Source of the DNA: Utricularia gibba
Taxonomy: Eukaryota > Plantae > Magnoliophyta
Assembly (NCBI GenBank): GCA_002189035.1
Contig: NEEC01000004.1
Span: 3,658,001 to 3,722,000 of the forward strand
Length of the DNA stretch: 64,000 nucleotides
Direction of reading: 5' to 3'
The position numbers and the translations under genes are program-made. The notes beneath the pieces were generated by a model, which was given only the letters and a program-made list of their open reading frames with translations, did not search any database and had not been told where the DNA came from. Positions 13,601-24,600 of the stretch are shown one piece after another. The first letter of the stretch is position 1. Each line of letters starts with the position of its first letter.

Positions 13601-14756
13601 TCGAAGGCAATCCTCTTGTCTTCCTAATCGTCTAAGGGGGAATCACATGAGACTATTCTCATGCCTCCTTGTCAATCAGAGTATAAGGGAAAATAGGCTA
13701 TTCCTTGCTCCTATAACCAGCTATTCGGAAGAAATCAATGAAAACTGAGGCGAAGATAGACAAAGGAAGTAGATGGAATCTTATTCCCAAGAACTGCGTC
13801 CCGTAGTCAAGACTCATTACTTAGGTTGTAATTTTTATTTCTGCATGTTAAAAACCCTCTTTTGCAAAATCGTGACATTTTGTGAAAGTTTATTACAAAC
13901 ACTTTTCACGAAAAACAACTCCTTGAGATCGATACTCGTACTATGCTTATTGTGTTTTACGTTTTACAAATATTTAAAATTTGTTGAGGAAACGATATGC
14001 AACAATCAATGTTTTATGGCATTCTCATTTACTAAATGAGTTACATAATGGGATTGCACCACGAGTTCAATTCACTATCAATGGTAATAATTACAACATG
14101 GGATATTATTTGGCTGACGGTATTTATCCAGAATGAGCTGTGTTTGTGAAATTTATTACATTGTCACAAGGTCGAAAAGCTCGTCGTTATGCTCAAGTAC
14201 AGGAGAGTGCTAGAAAAGACTTTAAGCGCACTTTTGGGATATTACAAAGTCGATTTGGAATACTAATATCTCCTGGAAGAGTTTGAGATCGAAAAACTCT
14301 TGAAGATATTATGTATGCATGTATTATATTACATAATATGATTGTAGAAGATGAAAGTCATGTTATTCCTGAAGATAACACTATGGATGAATATTAAAGA
14401 TCTACGACTAAAGTTATAGAGATGCTGGGATCAATATGCAAAGTTATTTTGATCGAATAGAACATTCACGTAATACCGGCATCCATTGACAACTAAAAAA
14501 TGATTTAATCGAACATATTTGGACAAAATTTAATTGATTTTTAGATTGTTTATTTCATTTTATGATTTTTTAATTTTATTTATTAATTTCAATGTTTAAA
14601 ATTAAAATATATTTTGAAATTTGTATTTTAATATTATTTTAATATTAGTATTTCCGAAAATGAATACAAATATAAATAAAAATTAATAATAAAAAATCAA
14701 TAACTTAATTTCCGAAAATGCCACATCAGCATTTCCGAAAATGGGTAAATATGGTA
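10618..14756 (+). mobile_element. PIF/Harbinger DNA transposon (decayed), with Myb/SANT-like ORF1 and DDE transposase
   Basis: 49-bp TIRs (43/49 identical; 10618-10666 and 14708-14756) flanked by a TTA TSD (10615-10617, 14757-14759). ORF1 at about 10900-11714 has F*KKVVDYY..KWTSLNQNCSKF..CWEILRLEPKW..RPLGQKASK. Transposase at about 11950-12699 and 14010-14520 has [25 protein letters not shown] and ACIILHNMIVEDE, with several stops. Confidence 0.93.
12700..14004. mobile_element. Solo LTR (1305 bp, possibly Athila-like Gypsy) inserted in the Harbinger transposase
   Basis: Ends TGTT...AACA and has a perfect 5-bp TSD ATCAA (12695-12699, 14005-14009). Removing it restores in-frame NNDINVLWHS of the transposase. 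No internal coding sequence. The lineage call is an impression only. Confidence 0.85.
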
Positions 14757-14898
14757 TTATTGGGTGTGATACATCAGCAGCGGGCTGGACAGCCCTCCAA
14801 GATGATTATGCCCAACTATATGCCCTTCGCTACAACTCTCTCAGACACGCAAGCGCTCGGATCAGTCACTAGATGCATATCTCATGAAGTTCAAGAGC
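14757..14898 (+). mobile_element. Ty1/Copia fragment, part 2: continuation of gag after the Harbinger insertion
   Basis: Joining across the TTA TSD reads SEDSWPLIIGCDTSAAGWTALQDDYAQL in frame. After a frameshift it reads LSQTRKRSDQSLDAYLMKFKS, a typical Copia gag (UBN2-like) segment. Confidence 0.8.
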
Positions 14899-15860
14899 TC
14901 CCACTGGCCACTTGTGATGTCTGTAGAGCTCGATACGGGGCGCCGAGTTGCTCGACGGGGTAGAGGTTTTGGGACACTGACAGCTAGATCTCAGCCATGT
15001 CTCTGGCCATTCTCAGCTTCCCTGACTCGGATAGTGGCCTCACGAGTGCTGCGTGCCGGATGAAGAAGACCAGGACTCGGGACGCCATGCTTCTCGCCAG
15101 CCTGGTGCAGATGGTTTCTGTGGTGGACGGGATGGATCCTGAAGACGACCAAGGCAGAATCCTGGACAAGAACTCCTTCTGCAGTTCCTCCGTGTAAGGA
15201 GAGGCATTGTTGTCCGCAACAGCATCTAATCCGTGAGTGCCGAAGTTCTGATCATGAACTTGCAGGATGCAGGATTGCAGGCGGTCGAGCATGGACGATG
15301 TAACGGAATCGCCAGCCACATAGAGCATCTGCTGCAATGCAACTGAGAGTAATGGAGCCACCCTGGAAGATACGCGGGACTCGGGAGTGAACCTCTTGAA
15401 GATGCTGACACAATGTGAAGTTCTTTAGCTGTGCCGGAGTTGCAGGGCTGCTACTTGAAGAGCTTCAGGACCGGCTGCTCTCTGCCAGTGAAGAATTACA
15501 GGACCCGAATTTCTCAACTTTTGCAGCAAGTATCACTATGAGCGTGATGCAGAGATTAAGGATGCCAAAGTTACCTGGTACTCAGCTTTGTTGACTGCAC
15601 GGAGCACGAGAATGGTAAGATGTGCATCTAACTGCCACAAATTGTTCCTTGCCTTGTGGTGTAAGAGCCGGTACCGCCACTCCTTTCACATGTGTATCAC
15701 GAGAGATTCTTTCAAGGAGGTTCTCAATCAAAGACAAAAGCTTTGGAAACCCGAGACTGAAGATTTCCTTGACAAAGCTTGATGCAGTAAAAGCAGACTT
15801 GATTTGACTTCACTAAAGCATCCCATTCTCAATCTGTCAACATGGGACCCTCTTCCTGAT
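14895..15860 (-). pseudogene. COG5: Fragment of conserved oligomeric Golgi complex subunit 5 (COG5), decayed, intron-containing
   Basis: Minus-strand translation gives KSAFTASSFVKEIFSLGFPKLLSLIENLLERISRDT, QLKNFTLCQHLQEVHSR, LQSCILQVHDQNFG, RVLVFFIRHAALVRPLSESGKLRMARDMAE and NLYPVEQLGAPYRAL. It retains a GT-AG intron (about 15480-15570) and has stops, frameshifts and internal deletions. No N- or C-terminus is present. Confidence 0.88.
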
Positions 15861-16910
15861 GAAGCACAATTACAAACATGAATGAACAAAGTGCCACAAT
15901 CCATGAGCTTTCAAAGCAACTCAAGAAACCAGTTGAAAGAACGAGGTTGTGGATTGAAATTTTCAAGCGTTCTTTGGATCACAGGCAAGAATGAAAATGA
16001 GTGTAGCACACGAAATCTACAAATTTGTTTCGTGCAACTTTAATTTCAATAAAAGTACTAAATGTGATTTTGGGACAAAAACATATATTGCTTTTGCTCC
16101 ATATGAAGTTGGAAGAATGAAGTAATTTATTTTTTTTGAGAAGTTGATGTACTTCTACTCTAATAAAAATTAAAACGATTCTTAAATATGCTTAATTATT
16201 TTTTTAAGAATTATTTTTAAAAACTGATTCAAATAAACATTACATAACTCAATCACACCACTACATTGACTTCTATGAATGATAGTGTGAAGCATTACAT
16301 TCTTGATAAATGGCAAGAAAAAATGAAAGAGTCATAGTCCATGAACATAAGGGTACTGATGAAAAATAATTCAAGCACATAAATGTATTTTTTAAAATTT
16401 TTATTTAATAAATGTAAATTTATTCCCATTCATCATCTTTGAAGAATATATGACTTTATTCATAAAAAAAATACTATTTTTATAATAGTAAATTTTATAT
16501 GAAAAATTATTTACCTAAAAATAAAAAATAAACTGCCTAAGTTTGAATAACATAATAATTAAGAGGTAAAATCCACAAAGATCTCTATTCAATTTTTGCA
16601 TTCTTTTCACTAGGATTTTGATGATTGGATATTCATTTTTAAAATTAAAATTATATATATCCATAAATTTCAGATATTAGTTTTCAATATATGTATTTGA
16701 AATGAATATTTAACAATTCTAATGTGAATAGATTAGATATAATATTTTCAATTTCTAATTATAACTTTCTATAATATTTACATTAGAAAATATATTTTAA
16801 TAAGCACATTTGATAATTATATTATATATTTTGAAATTTCAAAAATATTATTTTAAATTAATTTTTTCAATTCATACTATTTATTATTTTTTATTATTTT
16901 TATTCAACAA

Positions 16911-17230
16911 AAAGATGATTGACATAAATATTTTTTTGAATTACAAAAAATAAAAATAATTTAAAAACTCTTAGTAAAATAATATTTATAATTATATTTT
17001 TAATAAATTCACACGTTTACTTTTTAACAAGAATGTTGAGTAATTTATATATAGACACATTAATGGGTGTAACAAGAAAGATGATTGATATAAATATTTT
17101 TTAAATTAAAAAAATTAAATATAATTTATAAACTTTTAGAAAAGTAATATTCGTAATTATATTTTAAATCAATTCACACATTTAATTTTTAGCCAGAATG
17201 TTGAGTAAGTTATATATAGACACATTAATA
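16911..17230. repeat. Degenerate tandem duplication, 2 copies of about 166 bp, AT-rich
   Basis: AAAGATGATTGA(C/T)ATAAATATTTTTT...GAATGTTGAGTAA(T/G)TTATATATAGACACATTAAT starts at 16911 and again at 17077. Confidence 0.75.
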
Positions 17231-17587
17231 CGTGGATACGAGACATCTAATATGTTGAATTATAAATTATTCTATTTTAGTATATGTATCATATTTTTAA
17301 TAATAATAATAATTATTATTATTATTATATAATAAATATTTCCAAAATTATATTATTAAAATATTTAATTTTGTATTATTCTAAAAATAATTTTATTTAT
17401 AATTAAATAATTTTAATATATCTAATATATTTTAATATTAGTTTTATTAAATAATATTAAGTTATTATATTTTACACGTCCTATTCACATATTGCAGATT
17501 AAGTAGGTGTCCAAACATTGAATTTTTTGGAAACATTAACATATCCAACACCCTAGCTCCTCACCTTATCCAAATTATTGGTATAAT

Positions 17588-18235
17588 TAGAGTTGGGCAT
17601 GGGTCCTACTCGGCGGGTAACGGGTCGAACCCGTCGGGTCAAAAATGAATTGTCTAACTCAACGGGTATGGGTTGATAGGTTTGACAGGCTGACTCGTCC
17701 TGGGTCACGGGTTGGCGATTTGGAAGCCTCTTGATGTCCAGGTATCGCAATAATATGTTTGTGGTGTCTAAAATACATTGAAGCCTTTTAATGTCTACGC
17801 ACCATAATTGCATGATTGTAGTATATGGAGTACATTAAAGCCTCTTGATGTACAAGCACTATAATGGCATATTTACGGTGCCTGAAGTACATTGAAGCCT
17901 TCTAATGTCCAGACACAACACTATCATGTTTGTGGTGTTTGGAGTACATTGAAGCCTCTTGATGTATAGGCACCGTAATGGTATGTTTGTGGTAGCTGGA
18001 GGACATCGAAGACTGATGTATATGCACCACAATGGCATATTTGTGGTGTTTGGATGACATTCATATACATTAAATGAATTGAAAATTTAATAGTTGAATA
18101 ACACAATTTTTTTTAATAGACAACATTATAGACCCATTTTGGCTGATCCATCAAGTCAACCCATACCCGTTTTAGATGGTTATGGGTAACGGGTCAAACC
18201 CATCATGGGTGAACCCGTATCCGTGGCCAGCTCTA
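17588..18235. mobile_element. Non-autonomous hAT element (648 bp) in the BIG1 upstream region
   Basis: TIRs TAGAGTTGGGCATGG and CCGTGGCCAGCTCTA (12/15 match). 8-bp TSD GGTATAAT (17580-17587) versus GATATAAT (18236-18243), 7/8 match. Many subterminal CGGGT/ACCCG motifs at both ends. Confidence 0.9.
17723..18062. repeat. Minisatellite, 6 x 57-bp units, inside the hAT MITE
   Basis: Units start at 17723, 17780, 17837, 17894, 17951 and 18008. Consensus is approximately GAAGCCTCTTGATGTACAGGCACCATAATGGCATGTTTGTGGTGTTTGGAGTACATT. Confidence 0.92.
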
Positions 18236-18271
18236 GATATAATGAATTCAGTTTAGGAGCATGATCTTTTG

Positions 18272-18329
18272 TGGGCCGGGTTGTCGCCCATGCAGATGAA
18301 TTCAGTTTCGGAGTCGAGGCCCAAGCCCA
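18272..18329. promoter_or_regulatory. Site II (TGGGCY) motifs upstream of BIG1
   Basis: TGGGCC at 18272-18277, then GGCCCA and AGCCCA in tandem at about 18318-18329, about 320-375 bp before the ATG at 18647. Confidence 0.35.
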
Positions 18330-18646
18330 TGAACACTAAAAAGGCTAATTAGTTTAGTTGTCAACGACCGATTTCATGAAGATGAACAGAAATTGGAGAA
18401 ACAAAAGATGTGGGTAATTGAATACATGAAATGCAAGACAATTTTCCCCATTCGCCGCCTCCGATGTCTGATCTACGGTCAAGCTGGAAGGATTGATGGA
18501 ATTGGAATTCCCTGATGCACACCATTCGTTTGGGCTTCTATGCTGCTGGTGCTGTATCCACTGATCAAGGTGGATGAATTGGATGAGGGCGAATTGCTGC
18601 TCGTTGATCGATGAATGAAATGCTTTCCAATTCACACTAATCCACA

Positions 18647-21600
18647 ATGGCCAGCGGGCAAACACTCGGCGGAGCTTCCCGATGTGGCTGGGTGCTTGGT
18701 CCATCTCTGGACAAGATCATCAAGAATGCTTCTTGGAGGAAGCACTCCCACCTCGTTTCATCTTGTAAATCTGTTCTCGACAAGCTTGAGTCTTTGACGG
18801 ATATTGTTCCTGATCCAGCCTCCTGCACACCTATATACGGTCTTTCTCCTTCTGATGCCGATGCCGTGCTTCAGCCTGTTCTCATGGCGCTCGAATCTGG
18901 CTACCCTAAGGTCATGGAGCCTGCCCTTGATTGCATTTTCAGGTTTTTTTCCTTTGGAATCATCAGGGGATGCCAGGTCAAAGATGATTCTTCTATTGTC
19001 TTTCGTATCATTGATTTTGTCTGCAAGTGCTCTGCTGTTGGAGAAGATGCCATTGACCTGGCTGTGCTCAAGGTCCTGCTTTCTGCCGTGCGGTCCCCCT
19101 GCATTCGCATCCGCGGGGAGTGCCTTGTTTATATTGTTAGATCCTGCTATAATATCTACCTGAGTGGGCGAAGTGGTACTAATCAGATATGCGCAAAGTC
19201 TGTTCTTTCTCAGATGATGATTATTGTCTTCACAAGAGCTGAGAAGAATTCCATGCTAGCTAACTTCAAGAATGTTGTTGTGTTTGAGTTACTGGAGTTC
19301 ACTGATAGGAATTTGAATGAAGGAAGTTCTGTGCACTTCTCACAAAACTTTATCAATGAGATAGTGGAAGCTAAGCACAGCTCTGGTGATTTGAAGATAT
19401 CTTCTGAAATTGTCGTGCAGGCTGAAGAATCAAATGAAGATAAAGACAAAAATCAAAGTGATGCTCCTGGTTGTAGTGAGATATGGGAGGATTGTTTTAC
19501 TCTATACAAGAATTTATGCAAATTGTCCATGAAGTTTTCCTCCCAGGAGAGTTCTGATGATCAAATACTGTTGAGAGGGAATATTCTATCCTTGGAACTT
19601 TTGAACGTGATCATGGCAAATGCAGGTTCTGTATGGCGTACAAATGAGAGGTAAGTGCTCATGGTGAATGTTCTCTTCATTTTTGACTTGATGTTCAAAG
19701 TTGAGTTTTAGGTCGCATAAAATTTTTTACTTTCTCTACCACTTCTAGTTAAGTAATTAACTTTAGGAAGGAAAAATATATGAATATTATTCTGTTGTGG
19801 TTTTAATCTATGACTGATTGAGTACCCACAAAAATATTTAGATTTCATGTGTAGCATGTATAGTGAACAAGGGTTATACAACAAAATCATGATGATGGTG
19901 ATATTGTGAAGGAAAAACTGAGCTATTATGTTGTTAAAGACAGTCTGGAGTTGTTCTAACTTCCACAATGCAGTCCTAAATGTTGCATTTCGTAAATTGT
20001 CTTCTTTCACTCTACTCTATATACTATTATGACGAGCTGTAGAAAATTCTTTCGACTGAATCATGTGATTAACATTTTGTCCACTCTCTTACAGGTTTCT
20101 GAGTGCTGTCAAGCAGTACCTTTGTATGTCGCTGTTGAAGAACAGTGCACTGTCTGTCATGACAATTTTTCAGCTTCTTTGTTCAATATTCTACAATTTA
20201 ATATCAAAGTTTAGATCTGGGTTGAAATCAGAGATTGGAATTTTTTTTCCCATGCTAATCCTTCGTGTACTGGAGAACGTGCTTCAGCCCAATTTCTTGC
20301 AGAAGATGACAGTTCTCAGCTTAGTGGAGAAGATAGCTCAAGAACCTCAGATTATAGTTGATATCTTCATAAACTATGACTGCGATGTGGATGCACCGAA
20401 CTTATTTGAGAGGTAATAATATGTTTTAAAAGTGTATTAAGTTCACATGTTGTCTGCATTCCGTCATGAGAACTGTGCTTTATCTTGTATGAAGGACTGT
20501 CAATGGTCTGCTCAAAACTGCTCTGGGCCCTCCTCCTGGATCTGCAACTTCCTTGTCTCCAGCTCAAGATTTAACATTTCGCCATGAATCAGTGAGCTGC
20601 CTTGTCAGGATAATCAAGTCCATGGGATCATGGATGGACCAGCAACTAAAAGTTGGAGATGCCAACCTGCCAAGATGTTCAGATGCTGGAAACTTGGTGG
20701 AGACATCAAACCATGCTGAAGATGCCAATATTTCTGATATTGAGCTGACCTCTGAAGCTAACTCAGAATTTTCTGATACGGCATCATTGGAGCAACGTAG
20801 AGCACATAAATTAGAAATCCAGGTATGCTTGTTGTGAATTAGGTTTCCAAAGTATAACCTTAAAATCTTCACTGACTTTCTGCATTCATTGAATGCAGAA
20901 AGGTGTTGAATTGTTCAATAGAAAGCCTTCAAAAGGAATTGCGTTCTTAATTAATTCAAAGAAAATTGGAAGCTCCCCTGAAGATGTAGCTTCCTTTCTG
21001 AAAAATACCTCTGGCCTGAGTGAATCTATGATCGGAGATTATTTTGGTGATAGGGAGGAATTTGCCATTAGAGTGATGCATGCGTATGTGGATTCCTTTG
21101 ACTTTCTGAATATGGGATTTGGTGAAGCTATCAGATTTTTCTTAAGAGGATTCAGATTGCCAGGGGAAGCTCAAAAGATTGACCGCATAATGGAAAAATT
21201 TGCTGAACGCTATTGTAAATGCAATCCAAATTCTTTTGCAAGTGCAGACACTGCTTATGTTCTGGCATACTCAGTGATAATGCTCAACACCGATGCTCAT
21301 AATAGTATGGTCAAGGACAAGGTGTGGTACAACTTAAAAATTTTCTGTTCTTACTGAACTTTGAGTGTGTTTTTGTTTCTCCCTAAACCATTTCACTTCT
21401 GGAACTGAAAAACAACAATGATAATGATGTGTAATTACTGGATTGACTCTTTAGATGAGCAAGGCTGATTTCATCCGGAATAATCGTGGCATTGATGGTG
21501 GAAAGGACCTTCCTGAAGATTATTTGGGTATGCTTTATGATCAAATTGTCAAGAATGAGATTAAAATGAAGGAATCTTCTCTCTCTCAAAGCAAACAGGG

Positions 21601-24600
21601 GAATGGCCTAAATAAACTTCTGGTTGATGGTTTACTGAATCTTATCTGGAAGCAGACAGAAAAACCACTGTGTGCAAATGGTTCTGTAATAAAGAACATC
21701 CAGGAGCAATTTAAAGCAAAATCTTCAAAGCCAGAGTGAGATTCTATTTTCTCTAAATTTCTTGTTGTTGTGTGATTTATGAAATTACATTAGAATTGTT
21801 AGAGAAGCGTATTGTGCAGACTGACAGTGAATGCAGATGATGGCCTTAAGCCATATTAACAATGGCATTTTAGTATTTCACTTTTTTTTTTCAAGACGGG
21901 AGTTATTAACTTATTTTCTCCTCTTTCAGAGATGTATATCATTCAGTATCAGATCCTTCTGTATTGAGGTTCATGGTTGAAGTTTGTTGGGGCCCAATTC
22001 TTGCTGCATTTAGTGTGACATTGGATCAGAGTGATGACAAGGAAGTGACTTCTCAGTGCTTGCTGGGATTTCGATTCGCTGTTCATGTTACTGCTGTTAT
22101 GGGCTTGCAGACTCAGAGAGATGCCTTTGTTACCACAGTTGCCAAGTTTACGTACCTTCATTGTGCTGCAGATATGAAGCAAAAAAATGTGGATGCCGTA
22201 AAGGTGCCTTTTTTTCAATCTATCTGTATTGCTTCATTTTTTAAACATTCATGATCATGAATTTCTTACTGGTCATCTAAATCATTATTCATGGTTTATT
22301 ACTTCTATTCAATTGTTGCATGACATTCTAGTAACTCCTTCAGAATTTCAGGATACCATAATGTTTATGATGCTGGATCTTATTGTTTCTTTGTTTCAAA
22401 CAGGCTATTATATCAATTGCCATTGAAGAGGGAAATGATCTTCAGGATTCATGGGAACATGTCTTAACATGTTTATCCCGATTTGAAAATCTTCAGCTCT
22501 TAGGGGAGGGGGCACCATTGGATGCATCCCTCCTTGGCTCAAATAACTCTGGTGTAGAAGAAAAGTCTGCTAAATCCCTGAACTATCCATCGTACAAGAA
22601 AAAAGAAGCTCTCCAGAACCCAGCTGTTATGGCTGTTGTTCGAGGGGGCTCCTACGATAGCACCTCTGTGAGGGTTGACTCCTCGGGTCTTGTTACTAAT
22701 GAGCAAATCAGTAATTTTATTTCAAACCTTCATTTACTTGATCAAATTGGTAGTTTTGAATTGAATCACATTTTCGCTCATAGCCAAAGACTGAACAGTG
22801 AGGCGATTGTGCATTTTGTAAAAGCCCTCTGCAAAGTCTCTATCTCTGAGTTGCAGTCTCCAACTGATCCACGCGTGTTTTGTCTCACAAAAATGGTGGA
22901 AGTTGCGTAAGATTCTTTCAATTTCTCTTGTTCTTTTTGTATGTGATAAATATTTGAGGTACAATAATAAAAATGAGTCTCTTTTGCAGGCATTACAATA
23001 TGAATAGAATCAGACTAGTATGGTCCAGAATTTGGATAGTTCTTTGTGATTTTTTTGTGGCTGTTGGGCTCTCAGAAAATCTGTCTGTTGCAATCTTTGT
23101 GATGGACTCACTAAGACAGCTTGCTATGAAATTTTTAGAGCGAGAAGAACTGGCAAACTACAATTTCCAAAACGAATTTCTGAGGCCGTTTGTTGTTGTC
23201 ATTCAAAAAAGCATTTCTACAGAGATCAGAGAATTGATAGTTCGATGCATCTCGCAGATGGTGCTCAGCAGGTTCAGTAACATAAAGTCTGGATGGAAAA
23301 GTGTTTTCCAGGTATTTATTTAATTTTATTTATGCTCTTGTTAAAATAGAATTCTCTGCTGGCATGCAAGTGTGAAAAAAACTAAGGGCATGTTCATAGG
23401 CTTATGATACATTCTATGACCTTTTTTGTCATGCTATCTTAGTTTATTCTTCTAATATATATCCCCACTGGGTACTTCGGTCTCCTGTTTTTCTTGGATG
23501 CTCCTTGAATGTCTTTCCCTTTCGCATTATGTGCTGACCTCATACTAGCGTATTATCTGGAATTCTATTGATGTCTTCCCTTTCTGTTGAGTGATGTTGA
23601 ACCATAGTTATGTATTTTTGAATTCCTAAACTTTACCATATTGTTATTCCTGGTTCGCTGTAGTCAATGGAGCAGGGCTCAAGTTATTGTAACTGATTCT
23701 GCAATAATCTCAACAAGCTTGTTTTATGTTTAAATGTCCTCAAAATGAATTCCTGTCCATTCTTAGGTTTTCACAACTGCCGCGGCTGATCAGAGAAAAA
23801 GCATTGTCTTTCTTGCCTTTGAAACAATGGAAAAAATAGTGCGGGAATATTTTCCATACATAACTGAGACTGAAACCCTGACTTTCACGGACTGTGTCAG
23901 ATGCCTAATCATGTTCACAAATAATAAGTTCAACAGTGATGTAAGCCTCAATGCTATTGCTTTTCTTCGGTACTGTGCTGTGAAACTAGCTGAAGGTGGA
24001 CTTGCTGGAAATGTGAAAGACAAGAGTGGAGACGTTTGTCCTCCAGTATGTATAGGGGATGATGATTATACACATTTCTGGGATCCTTTGCTATCAGGTG
24101 TAATGGATGCTCTGTTTGACTTTTTAATGAATTTTTTTTTCTGTTGCATCGTATGTTTTGGTGGCACTCTTGTCTTTTCTTGTCCTTTACTTGCACTCCT
24201 GAATTTGAATTTTTATGCATTATTCTGGAGCTGATTATATCTAGCAAGCTCTTTCTCTCTTGGCATGTAATTATTCCTATTTGGCTGGAGCAAATATAGT
24301 AAGGAAAAGAAGCAGGAAGCGGTAAATGCAGTGCCTATGATTTTGCCCTTTAAAATGGCTTGTTCTTTGGCACATTTTGATGCAAAATCTGGTTTTCAAT
24401 TGCCTAAAAATAGTCCCATGTCTTCTATGAGATAGAAGTTTCTTTTTACAAGTTCATTTGCTTCCTATTCTTTTGGAAATTCGTCCCTGTTCATTGTCCT
24501 CACCTTCCTTAATTTTGGCAGGGTTATCAAAATTAACGTTAGATCCTAGGCCAGCTGTTCGAAAAGGTTCTCTTGAGGTTCTATTTAACATTCTGAAGGA

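Noticed and set aside
12695-14013. MULE insertion suggested by a 9-bp flanking duplication ATCAATGTT
   Set aside because: There are no long TIRs. The match is better explained as a 5-bp TSD (ATCAA) plus an LTR that happens to start with TGTT and ends in AACA.
17723-18062. CRISPR-like array (regular period, palindromic units)
   Set aside because: Units are homologous over their whole 57 bp with no unique spacers, there are no cas genes, and the context is a plant hAT element. It is a minisatellite.
8094-18235. One giant 10-kb hAT (Pack-type) element from the TIR at 8094 to the TIR at 18235, carrying the TE nest and COG5
   Set aside because: The 8 bp before 8094 (TTTGAAAG) do not match the 8 bp after 18235 (GATATAAT), whereas the 17588 end has a 7/8 matching TSD.
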